A DNA stretch of 58,254 nt, from contig CAYSGF010000215.1 in the NCBI GenBank assembly GCA_964430275.1, positions 1 to 58,254 of the forward strand, read 5' to 3'. The stretch is from an uncultured Gemmatimonadaceae bacterium. GTDB lineage: Bacteria > Gemmatimonadota > Gemmatimonadetes > Longimicrobiales > RSA9. The notes under the pieces were generated by a model. It searched no databases. It was not told the origin of the DNA and was given only the letters and a program-made list of their open reading frames with translations. The position numbers and the translations under genes were made by a program. Shown piece by piece: positions 9,315-18,177 of this stretch. Positions within the stretch are counted from its first letter, which is position 1; every line of letters starts with the position of its first letter.

Positions 9315-11741
9315 ATGCTCGAGACCATCCGTTCGGACCTGCGCCTGGCCCTGCGCAACCTCCGCCGCCGCCCGTCCTTCGCGGCCATCGCCATCCTGAC
9401 GTTTGCGCTCGGAATCGGAGCGACGACGGCGATCTTCAGCGTCGTGAACGGCGTGCTGCTCGCGCGGCTGCCGTATGCAGACAGGTTAGTGGAGGTGCGG
9501 CATCGCAATGAGGAGTCGCCGCAGATGGACGGGCGCTTTTCGCCGCAGGACTTCGCCGATCTCGAAGCTGCCGGTGTGTTTCCGCAGGTCGCGTCGTGGT
9601 GGTACGCCGCCGGTCTGAGCGGCGCGAATGCGACGCTGGGCGAGAGTGCCCGCCGGCTCGCCGTTGCGTACGCGGACGATGAGTTCTTTGCCACCCTGGG
9701 CGCGCCGCCGCTTCAGGGGCGCGTGTTCGGGGCAGGGGAGGCTGCCGCGCGTGAGCGGGTGATCGTCCTGAGCGAGCGGGTCTGGCGAGGTGCGCTCAAT
9801 GCGGACCCGTCGGTGATCGGGAGCACACTGCGAATCGACGGCGAGCCATTTCTGGTGGCGGGTGTGATGCCGGCCTCCTTCCAGTACCCTGCCGCCAGCG
9901 TCGACGCATGGCTCCCACTCACCCTTCTCGGTGATGACGACGTTCCGCACATCCGCAGCCTGCGCTGGCTGGGTGCGGTGGCGCGACTGGCGCCGGGCAG
10001 CGACGCAGCGACGGCGCAGCGCAGCGTCACTGCGGTCGTCGAGCGGCTGGCGCGTGATCACCCGGATTCGAACGAGGGCTGGACGCGCGCGGAGGTCGTG
10101 CCTCTCCACCGTGCGATTACGGGCGATGCGCGGCCCGCGCTGCTGGTGCTCCTCGCTGCCGTGACGCTCGTGCTGCTGACCGCGTGCGCGAACGTGGCGA
10201 ACCTGCTACTCGTGCGCGCGACGGAGCGCACGCGCGAGATGGCGGTACGCACCGCGCTCGGCGCGGGGCGTGCGCGCGTCGTGCGGCAGATGCTCACGGA
10301 GCATGTCGTCGTGGCACTGGCTGGCGGGATCGTCGGTGTCGCGCTCGCATACTTCGCGCTCGATGCACTGGTCGCGCTCGCGGGCGAGCGGCTGCCGCGG
10401 GCCGACACCGTGAGTGTGGACGGAACCGTGCTCGCCGTCGCCATCGCCCTCTCGCTGTTCACCGGCCTGCTCTCCGGTGCACTGCCGGCCTGGCGCGGTG
10501 CGGACGTCAACGTACAGTCAGTCCTGCGCGAGAGCGGACGGACCGGTACCGACGGGCCGTGTGGTGCCCGGCTGCGCGGGGCGCTGGTCGTCGCCGAGAC
10601 CGCGCTGGCGGTGGTGCTGGTGATCGGCGCGACCCTGATGGTGCGCAGCTTTGCCCGGCTGAGCGCGGTGGATCCCGGATTCGACGCGGAGCACGTCGTG
10701 AGCTTCGGTCTGTCTCTGCCCAGCGAGCTGTTCGGCGATGATCCCGTGGCGGCTGCTGAACGGCGCGCAGCGTACCGGGCGCGCATGTTCGGCACCCTGC
10801 GCGATCTGCCCGGTGTGACCACCGTCGGCGCGAGCAAGACCATGCCGCTCGAGGGCGGCGGCGAGCCATTCGAGTTCTCGTCCGCACCCGGCGGCGAGAG
10901 CGACGTGCGCCCCGAAGGCGGCGCGATGATCGTATCGGCGGAGTACTTCCGGGCCCTTGGCGTCCCGCTGCTCGCGGGCCGTGAGTTCACGGAGCGCGAC
11001 GCGCCACCGAACGCGCCCGCGCTCGTCGTAAATGCCGCGTTCGCCGAGCGCTACTGGCCGGGCGAGGCGGCCGTCGGTCGCTATCTCTACACGGGGGATG
11101 CGCCGATCGAGATCGTCGGCGTTGCGGCGGACATCCGGCACGACGGCGTGGCAGTTGCCGCCATGCCGACGGTCTACCTGCCGTCGACGTTCGCGCCCCG
11201 ATCGTCGCAGAAGGTGTTCGTGCGCACGAACGGCGATCCGGCAGCGATGATGGCAACGATCGCGGCGGCAATGCAGGGCTTCGACCCTGACCTGCCCATT
11301 GTCGATCTCGCCACCCTGCCGCAGGAAGTGTCTGCGACTGTCGCGGAGCCGCGCATGCTCACAACCCTGCTCGGCCTGTTCGGCGGGTTCGCACTCCTGC
11401 TCGCGGCACTCGGCATGTACGGCGTGATCGCGTACGGCGTCGCCCAGCGCACGAAGGAGATCGGGATCCGCATGGCGCTCGGTGCACGGCCGCGCCGTGT
11501 CCTGGGCATGGTCGTCGGACAGGCCGTCGGGCTCGCACTCCTCGGCATCGCCATCGGGGTGCTCGCCGCGATCGCACTCACTCGCCTGCTGCGCTCGCTC
11601 CTCTTCGAGGTCAGTGCAACGGATCCGGTGACGTTCGTCGCCGTGCCAACGGTGCTCCTGGCAGTTGCCGCATGCGCCGCCCTCGTACCGGCCTGGCGTG
11701 CTGCACGCGTCGCGCCGGAGTGCGCGTTCCGCAACGGCTAG
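9315..11741 (+). CDS. ABC transporter permease, duplicated MacB-PCD/FtsX (ADOP-like)
   Basis: DLRLALRNL..RP.F, LGIGATTAIFSV, CANVANLLL.RA..R.REMAVR.ALGA, and a second FtsX domain (YGV..Y.V.QRTKEIGIRMALGA). Confidence 0.92.
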   Translation: MLETIRSDLRLALRNLRRRPSFAAIAILTFALGIGATTAIFSVVNGVLLARLPYADRLVEVRHRNEESPQMDGRFSPQDFADLEAAGVFPQVASWWYAAGLSGANATLGESARRLAVAYADDEFFATLGAPPLQGRVFGAGEAAARERVIVLSERVWRGALNADPSVIGSTLRIDGEPFLVAGVMPASFQYPAASVDAWLPLTLLGDDDVPHIRSLRWLGAVARLAPGSDAATAQRSVTAVVERLARDHPDSNEGWTRAEVVPLHRAITGDARPALLVLLAAVTLVLLTACANVANLLLVRATERTREMAVRTALGAGRARVVRQMLTEHVVVALAGGIVGVALAYFALDALVALAGERLPRADTVSVDGTVLAVAIALSLFTGLLSGALPAWRGADVNVQSVLRESGRTGTDGPCGARLRGALVVAETALAVVLVIGATLMVRSFARLSAVDPGFDAEHVVSFGLSLPSELFGDDPVAAAERRAAYRARMFGTLRDLPGVTTVGASKTMPLEGGGEPFEFSSAPGGESDVRPEGGAMIVSAEYFRALGVPLLAGREFTERDAPPNAPALVVNAAFAERYWPGEAAVGRYLYTGDAPIEIVGVAADIRHDGVAVAAMPTVYLPSTFAPRSSQKVFVRTNGDPAAMMATIAAAMQGFDPDLPIVDLATLPQEVSATVAEPRMLTTLLGLFGGFALLLAALGMYGVIAYGVAQRTKEIGIRMALGARPRRVLGMVVGQAVGLALLGIAIGVLAAIALTRLLRSLLFEVSATDPVTFVAVPTVLLAVAACAALVPAWRAARVAPECAFRNG

Positions 11742-11782
11742 CGGACCGGCCCTGTCTTGCGATTCCCGGCGTGCCTAGATTC

Positions 11783-11820
11783 GCGGCGCCGTCCTCTTCC
11801 GGACGGCGCCGCTCTGTTTC
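11783..11820 (+). terminator. Probable intrinsic terminator after the exporter operon
   Basis: Perfect 12-bp stem gcggcgccgtcc/ggacggcgccgc (11783-11794 with 11801-11812), 6-nt loop, then tctgtttc. Confidence 0.6.
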
Positions 11821-11841
11821 CTCGCGTACCCGGAGGCGCTG

Positions 11842-12561
11842 CTGCCGGACTGGCTCGCCCGCTTCGTGCCCGGACCGGGCACGCTCGCCACGATCGCGCC
11901 GCTCGCCGCGGGCGTTGGCGTGCTCGCTGCCGCCGCAGCGGCGCGCCTGCACACACACGGCATGCGCACGCCGTACACGCGCAAGGTGTTTCACTTCCTG
12001 ATCTTCACGACGGCATCGGTCATCCAGCTCGCCGTCGGCCTGGAGGGTGTGGTGGTGTTCGGCGTGGTGATCGCACTCCTCGTGCTCCATGCGGCGTGGC
12101 GAGGTGCAGGACACCCGTTCTACGAGGCGCTCGCCCGCCCCAACGACGCGCCGCGCCGCACGCTCTTCGTGCTCGTGCCACTCCTCACGACCGCGCTCGG
12201 CGGCGTGCTCAGCAACCTGTTCGTCCCGGCATTCGCATTCGTGGGCTACCTCGTTGCAGGATGGGGCGACGCCGTGGGTGAGCCGGTGGGCGCGCGCTGG
12301 GGACGCCACCGCTATCCGGTTCCGTCGCTCGCCGGCGTACCCGCTACTCGTAGTTGGGAAGGAAGTGCGGCCGTATTCGTGGTCGGGTCGGTTGCGGCAG
12401 TGCTCGGATGTGTGCTCGCGGGGATCGCGCCGGGCGCGGCGATCCGGATTGGCGTCGTCGCCGGCCTGGCGGGCGCGCTCGTCGAGGCTGTCAGCAACCA
12501 CGGGCTCGACAACCTCACCGTGCAGCTCGCCGCCAGCGCTGCGGCTGCCTTCGTCGCATGA
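11842..12561 (+). CDS. Polytopic membrane protein of the phytol/dolichol kinase (CTP_transf_1-like) family; start uncertain (CTG 11842 or GTG 11866)
   Basis: Motifs RKVFH, GWGDAVGEPVG..WG, RSWEGS and DNLTV match the CTP-dependent lipid kinase/cytidylyltransferase fold. Multiple hydrophobic segments. Confidence 0.7.
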   Translation: MPDWLARFVPGPGTLATIAPLAAGVGVLAAAAAARLHTHGMRTPYTRKVFHFLIFTTASVIQLAVGLEGVVVFGVVIALLVLHAAWRGAGHPFYEALARPNDAPRRTLFVLVPLLTTALGGVLSNLFVPAFAFVGYLVAGWGDAVGEPVGARWGRHRYPVPSLAGVPATRSWEGSAAVFVVGSVAAVLGCVLAGIAPGAAIRIGVVAGLAGALVEAVSNHGLDNLTVQLAASAAAAFVA

Positions 12562-12582
12562 GCGGCCGCCCTCAGGGCGCGC

Positions 12583-13704
12583 TCACTCCTCGAGTGGCAG
12601 CCAGAGCGCGAAGCTCGCGCCTTCGCCCGGACGGCTTTCCAGGGTCAGGTCGCCGCCGAGCAGGCGCGCGACGTTGCGGCTGATCGCGAGCCGGAAGCCA
12701 GGCGCGCCATGGCGTCGGCTGACTCGGTCGATCGCCTCGAACACGTCCTGTGCCTCCCGCACACCAGGTCCCGAATCCGATATCGTCACGCGCAGCCAGC
12801 GGCGCGCAGCGGCAGTACGCTCTGCCCGCTGCACGTCCGCCCGAATGCGGATGACGCCGTTTGCCGGCGTATAGCGGACCGCGTTCGAGAGGAGGTTGTC
12901 GAGAATCGGGCCTACCAGATCGGGATCCGTGCGCACGAGCGGCAAGTCCTGCGGTACGTCCGTGATCACTTCCACACCGTACGTTGCCGATGCCAGCCGG
13001 TAGTCGCTCGCCATGTCTCGCAGCAGTGCGCCCAGACTGGTCGGCTCCGGGTGGACCGGCAGGCGGCCGGCCTCGATCCGCGCGAGCTCGAGCAGGTCGC
13101 CGATCAGGCGCACCGCGGACGCCATCGTGCGCCGATTCGATGCGATGTAGTCGCGCTGCCGCTCCGAAAGCTCGCTCTCCGTGTCGAGCAGCTCGACGTA
13201 CTCCGCGGCCACACCGAGCGTCTCCTTGAGCTCGTACGTGATGCCGCTGATCAGCCGGTACTTCTCGTCGATCGATTGCTCGAGCTCCTGGCGACGCAGC
13301 TCGACCTCCTCGCCGAGCGCGCTCACGTGCAGCGCGAGCCGCACGACATCGAGCAGGAGGGTGAGCTGTCGCGTCGTGCGCGGGCTCCGGACCGCAGCGG
13401 TCGTGCCGAGCAGTGCGACCGTGCCCAGCAGCTGCCCGCTGCCGTCCCCCACCACTACGCGCGTCTCCTCCACGTGGGCGGGCGTTGCATGCGGCGGCCG
13501 TGCGCCGACAGCCGGCGCCGAAACGCCCGCCGCTGCCACGACCCGAGCCGTTCCACGCCCGGCACCTGCGCGCTCGATGTACACCGCCTCAGCACGCGTT
13601 ACGCGCAGAATCCGCTCCGCAACCCGCTGCAACGTGTCACTGGAGCCGCTCGTCATGGCATCCGTGGGCTCACGCAGGTGAAACAGGCCGCTCGCCGCGC
13701 TCAT
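12583..13704 (-). CDS. Histidine-kinase-like protein with a degenerate H-box and G2 box
   Basis: HATPase boxes DNLLSNAVRYT and DSGPGV are present. The H-box reads ITYELKETL (Tyr in place of His) and G2 reads APGFRLAIS. Start chosen at MSAASG; uncertain. Confidence 0.8.
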   Translation of the reverse strand: MSAASGLFHLREPTDAMTSGSSDTLQRVAERILRVTRAEAVYIERAGAGRGTARVVAAAGVSAPAVGARPPHATPAHVEETRVVVGDGSGQLLGTVALLGTTAAVRSPRTTRQLTLLLDVVRLALHVSALGEEVELRRQELEQSIDEKYRLISGITYELKETLGVAAEYVELLDTESELSERQRDYIASNRRTMASAVRLIGDLLELARIEAGRLPVHPEPTSLGALLRDMASDYRLASATYGVEVITDVPQDLPLVRTDPDLVGPILDNLLSNAVRYTPANGVIRIRADVQRAERTAAARRWLRVTISDSGPGVREAQDVFEAIDRVSRRHGAPGFRLAISRNVARLLGGDLTLESRPGEGASFALWLPLEE

Positions 13705-13804
13705 CGGCGCGCCGGCGCCACGAGCGGTAAACAGCAACGCCGCCGCAGCCCCAGGGGCCGCGGCGGCGTCGTGTCGCCGAGGTCGACGGCGTGGTTCCAG
13801 AGGA

Positions 13805-14881
13805 TCAACGCTGCTGGCCCCCGAAGCCGAGCGAGTCCGCAGCCACCGGACCGACCAGCATCCTGCGCCCCATCGGCTCCCCCAGTACGTTCGGGCCCGA
13901 TGGCGTCGGCGCGGGCGCCGGCGCCGCCTGCGCCTGCTGTGCAGCCAGGCTCAGCGTCGTCGCCGTGCTCGCAATCGCATCACCCAGAATGCGCGGACCG
14001 TTCGGATCCTTCGGATCTACCTCGCCCGGCATCAGGTAGCGGCCCGTTGCGCTGATCCGGATCTCCGGCATCGTGCGCGTCCGCTCGAAATGCTCGTAAC
14101 CGCCCCGCAGCTGCTGCCAGAAGTCGAGAAGCTTCTCGTCCTCGCGGAACGCACGCGCCAGCTCCGTCATCGAACGATCGTCCATGCGCGAGGGAAAGAT
14201 GTGCACCGGGATCCGCGGCTGCCCCACACTGCGCGCCTCCACCGCGATCCAGTACAGCTCCTTCACCGACTCGTCCGTAACCGCCAGACAGCCCTCCGTC
14301 AGACAGCCGCCATGGATGAAAATGTCACCACCCAGGGCACCGTTCCGGCCTACTCGCCGGTCCGCCGCATTCGGATAGTTGATATGCAGCGACAGGTGGT
14401 ACTCACTCCGCGGATTCAGGAAATCCACGTAGTAGAAGCCCTCCGGCGTCTGCCCGTCACCCTGACGCCGCTTCGGACCCAGGTCCGAAAGCGCACAGAT
14501 CGCGTACTCCTTCACCAGCGTGAACGTCTCCTGCTGCGGCGAGCGTGCCCACAGCTCGATCAGACGCTCCCGCTTGAACACGCGCAGGTACACCTCCGCC
14601 GCCGGGTACGTCAGCCCCCGCTGCTTGAAGATGTCCATCACCGCAAACCGCTTCGACACCCACGCATCCACCACTCGCGTATGCCGGAGCTGGTCGCGCA
14701 TGTACTCCCGGTCCAGAATCGGCGGCGGCGTCGGCGCCGCAAACGCCTCGCGCACGCTCGGCACCGCGTTCAGCACAAACGACCGCTGCCCATGCGCCGC
14801 GCCACCCGCAAAAAGCACGAGCGCAAACGCAACGAGGCCGGCGCGCCGGAACTGATGGTCCGTTCGGTTCAGTGTCATCAT
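13805..14881 (-). CDS. L,D-transpeptidase family protein (YafK/DpaA-like, YkuD domain)
   Basis: Signal peptide, LRVFKRERLIELW, GPKRRQGDGQTPEGFY, YHLSLHINYPN and DIFIHGGCLTEGC (catalytic His and Cys). Confidence 0.88.
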   Translation of the reverse strand: MMTLNRTDHQFRRAGLVAFALVLFAGGAAHGQRSFVLNAVPSVREAFAAPTPPPILDREYMRDQLRHTRVVDAWVSKRFAVMDIFKQRGLTYPAAEVYLRVFKRERLIELWARSPQQETFTLVKEYAICALSDLGPKRRQGDGQTPEGFYYVDFLNPRSEYHLSLHINYPNAADRRVGRNGALGGDIFIHGGCLTEGCLAVTDESVKELYWIAVEARSVGQPRIPVHIFPSRMDDRSMTELARAFREDEKLLDFWQQLRGGYEHFERTRTMPEIRISATGRYLMPGEVDPKDPNGPRILGDAIASTATTLSLAAQQAQAAPAPAPTPSGPNVLGEPMGRRMLVGPVAADSLGFGGQQR

Positions 14882-15647
14882 CGACCGTTCGTGGGTTGGT
14901 CCGGGGTCGCATCCAAGCTAGACACGCCCGGCTCCACGAGCAAGGACCTTCTTTGCATTTCGCATCCGGCGGCACTGCTATTTTGCAAAAACGTCGCTCC
15001 CGACACGGGTTTTCGTGGTTGGGCGGCCGCCGTACGACGCCTGCGTGTGCCACGGTCGGACCGATTCGCGAGGACCGCGAATGCGGACGGCAGCACCTTA
15101 ATATCCGGCATCGGCTAATCCGTTCCGGGGAAGGACCGGGCGCCTGCTGGATAGGGTTCACCCGAAGCGGGGCCGTGCGCAAGGACCACGTAAAGGACCA
15201 CGTAGTGGAGAGATGCGCGTACGTGGCCGCGTACGCGCGCGTGTGGAGGGCGCCGTGGGGTAGGAGGGGGGATGGGGGTCCCGGGGGAAGCAGCGGGATG
15301 TGCGGCAGAATCAGTGGGATTTCGGCGATCCTGTGAGTGTTGCGCCGGTCCAACGACATGGGCAACGGCAAGGCGCCCGGATCCGATCGATGCGGGCGTT
15401 GCGGGTTTGTTCCCGGGTTCCGGCGGCTCGGGTAAACACAAGTCCGGCAGTGAGCTACGGATTCAGCGGCGGTGTTGTATACGATTCGGAGGGAACTGGC
15501 ATTGGGCTCGCAACTGAGGAGTGGCGAAGAGCGAGTGAGCCGCGACAGGCACCGCTCGGGACCTGTGCCGATGGAGGCACGGGGGCTTTGACCCGGATTC
15601 GCATGCGAGCGGTGGAAATCCACGACACCTTTGCGACATTGACGCTG

Positions 15648-17357
15648 ATGAAGCATCCGTCGCGTGCGCCGGTGGCGCGCGCCGTCACGGCGGAGGACTA
15701 CCGTCGAATGTTCGCCCACGCGCGGGACGGTTTCCTCGTGACGGGGGCGGATGGGCTGATCGTCCAGGCAAATGAGGCGGCGACGGTGCTGCTCGGCTAC
15801 CTGGAGGAGGAGCTCTATGACCTGCGCCTGCCAGATCTGCTGCTGGACGATGCGGACCGGGCGCGGGTCGCGCATGCGTTGATGCCGGGGTCGGACCTGC
15901 CGGAGCAGGAGCTGCGGCTGCAGCGGAAGGACGGTCCGGCGGTGGTGTGTCTGGCGTCGGCGTACCCGCGCAGCGACGGGCGCGGCGGGTTCCTGATCTC
16001 GCTCCATGATGTGACCGAGCACCGTCGCACGCAGCAGCAGCTCATCCACAGTGCCTTCCACGATGTCCTGACGGGGCTGCCGAACCGGCTGCTGTTCATG
16101 GACCGGCTCGAGCGGGTGCTGAAGCATGTGCGTCGGCGGACGGGGTACCGTTTCGCGGTGCTGTTCCTGGACCTCGATCGTTTCAAGCTGGTGAACGATA
16201 CGTTCGGGCACGCGGCGGGCGACGAGCTGCTGCAGTCCATGGCGCGGCGGCTGGAAGAGTGTTTGCGGGAGGATGACTCGGTGGCGCGGCTGGGCGGCGA
16301 CGAGTTTGCGATCATCGTGGATGCGATCAATGATGCGAGCGATGCAACGCGGGTGGCGGAGCGGATCCTGGAGTCGTTGCGCGAGCCGTTCCCGATCCAG
16401 GGTCGCGAGGCGCACGTTACGGCGAGCATCGGGATCGCGCTGAGCACGAGTGGTTACGATACGCCGGACGACGTGCTGCGGGACGCGGATGCGGCGATGT
16501 ACCGGGCAAAGAGCTCGGGGTGTGCGCACTTCGAGATCTTCGACCTGGAGATGCACCGCCGGGCGCAGTCGCAGCTTCAGCTCGAGTCCGACCTGCGCGA
16601 TGCCATCACGCGGAGCGAGTTCGCGGTCCATTATCAGCCGGTGATCGCGCTCGACGCGGGCAGTGTCTCGGGCATGGAGGCGCTGGTCCGCTGGCGCCAT
16701 CCCCAGCGCGGTACACTGCTCCCGGCCGACTTCATCGCGGTCGCGGAGCAGACGGGTGCGATCATCGAGATCGGCTGGTACGTGCTGCGCGAGGCGTGCA
16801 GGCAGCTCCAGGCGTGGCGGGAGCGCTATACGCGCTCGGCGGTACGCCTGACGATGAGCGTGAATCTGTCGGCACGACAGTTCGTGCAGCCGGATCTGCT
16901 GCGTCGGATCGATGACATTCTGGCGGAGACGCGGCTGGACCCCGCCTGCCTGCGCCTGGAGCTGACGGAGAGCGCGGTGAACTTCGCACCGGAGGTCGCG
17001 CGCGAGGTGCTCGGCGCCCTGCGCGAGCGCGGCATCCAGATCTGCCTCGACGATTTCGGCACGGGGTTTTCGTCGCTCCAGCAGCTCAAGCAGCTGCCGC
17101 TCTCGAATGTGAAGGTCGACCGCAGCTTCGTACGCGACCTCGGCACGAACGTCGAGAGCCAGGGCATGGTGCAGACGATCGTGGCGCTCGGCAACTCGCT
17201 GTGTGTCGATGCGATCGCCGAAGGCGTCGAGACACCGGAAGAGCTCGAGGAACTGCGCGCACTCGGAATGAAGTTCGCGCAGGGGTATCTCTTCGCGACG
17301 CCGCTCGCACCGGAGCTCGCCGAGCAGCTCCTGTCCGAGGATGGCATGGACGCGTGA
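15648..17357 (+). CDS. PAS-GGDEF-EAL c-di-GMP metabolism protein
   Basis: PAS domain, D.LTGLPNR, FLDLDRFKLVND, intact GGDEF, EAL and DDFGTGFSSL. Start uncertain within the 15300 ORF. Confidence 0.92.
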   Translation: MKHPSRAPVARAVTAEDYRRMFAHARDGFLVTGADGLIVQANEAATVLLGYLEEELYDLRLPDLLLDDADRARVAHALMPGSDLPEQELRLQRKDGPAVVCLASAYPRSDGRGGFLISLHDVTEHRRTQQQLIHSAFHDVLTGLPNRLLFMDRLERVLKHVRRRTGYRFAVLFLDLDRFKLVNDTFGHAAGDELLQSMARRLEECLREDDSVARLGGDEFAIIVDAINDASDATRVAERILESLREPFPIQGREAHVTASIGIALSTSGYDTPDDVLRDADAAMYRAKSSGCAHFEIFDLEMHRRAQSQLQLESDLRDAITRSEFAVHYQPVIALDAGSVSGMEALVRWRHPQRGTLLPADFIAVAEQTGAIIEIGWYVLREACRQLQAWRERYTRSAVRLTMSVNLSARQFVQPDLLRRIDDILAETRLDPACLRLELTESAVNFAPEVAREVLGALRERGIQICLDDFGTGFSSLQQLKQLPLSNVKVDRSFVRDLGTNVESQGMVQTIVALGNSLCVDAIAEGVETPEELEELRALGMKFAQGYLFATPLAPELAEQLLSEDGMDA

Positions 17358-17561
17358 GCCCCCGCACGTGCGTTTTCATGCGCGTCGCCGCAGTACCCCC
17401 GCTTCGACATCTCTCCATCCTGATCGGCACCACTCCGCATCCCTGATCCGCTCCACTCGGCATCCGTCTGCATTGCGCTGCACGGGAACTGCGGCGAGGT
17501 TCCTGCATGGGGGACGCTCTCCGTGTGGAGAGCGCCGGACGATTTCAGCGATGGAGGCCAC

Positions 17562-17987
17562 ATGGCGCAGGCGCAGACCGGAACCACGGTGCGCGTTCAC
17601 TATACCGGCAAGCTCGATGACGGCACCGTATTCGACAGCTCGCGTGATCGCGAGCCCCTCGAGTTCACGGTCGGCTCCGGACAGGTGATACCGGGGTTCG
17701 ACAATGCCGTGGAAGGCATGGCCGCCGGAGCGGCCAAGACGGTGACGATTCCAGCGGAGCAGGCGTACGGTGCGCGTCGCGACGAGCTGATGCTGCGCGT
17801 CGACCGCAGCCAGTTCCCGGAGGACGCCAATCCAGAGGTCGGGCAGCAGTTTCAGATGAGCCAGGGCGGACAGAATTTCGTGGTCAATGTGGCGGACGTC
17901 GATGGCGATCAGGTCACGCTGGACGCGAACCACCCGCTCGCCGGGAGGGATCTGACGTTCGAGCTGGAAGTCGTGGAAGTAAAGTGA
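17562..17987 (+). CDS. FKBP-type peptidyl-prolyl cis-trans isomerase (SlyD/SlpA-like)
   Basis: [39 protein letters not shown] and [15 protein letters not shown]. No His-rich tail. Confidence 0.92.
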   Translation: MAQAQTGTTVRVHYTGKLDDGTVFDSSRDREPLEFTVGSGQVIPGFDNAVEGMAAGAAKTVTIPAEQAYGARRDELMLRVDRSQFPEDANPEVGQQFQMSQGGQNFVVNVADVDGDQVTLDANHPLAGRDLTFELEVVEVK

Positions 17988-18128
17988 ATGAATGAATTTA
18001 TGAATGAATGAATTCAGCCGGGCGCGGAGGTCGGTTTCCCGCGTTCGCAGCAGGCGGCGAACTCACCCGCGCCGAACTGCTGCACAGCTCCGGTGGCGAT
18101 TCATTCATTCATAAATTCATTCAATTCA
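17985..18128. repeat. Palindromic element with inverted (TGAA)n arms between convergent genes
   Basis: Perfect 24-bp inverted repeat gaatgaatttatgaatgaatgaat (17990-18013) with 18099-18122, around an 85-nt GC-rich spacer. Confidence 0.85.
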
Positions 18129-18177
18129 TGATTCTTCAGGTCGCCGGCCCCGAACGATTCAGTAATTCAAGGATTCC

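Noticed and set aside
14882-15647. c-di-GMP riboswitch or ncRNA upstream of the GGDEF-EAL gene
   Set aside because: I could not find the GEMM (GAAA tetraloop/receptor) or c-di-GMP-II consensus elements by eye. An Infernal search would be needed.
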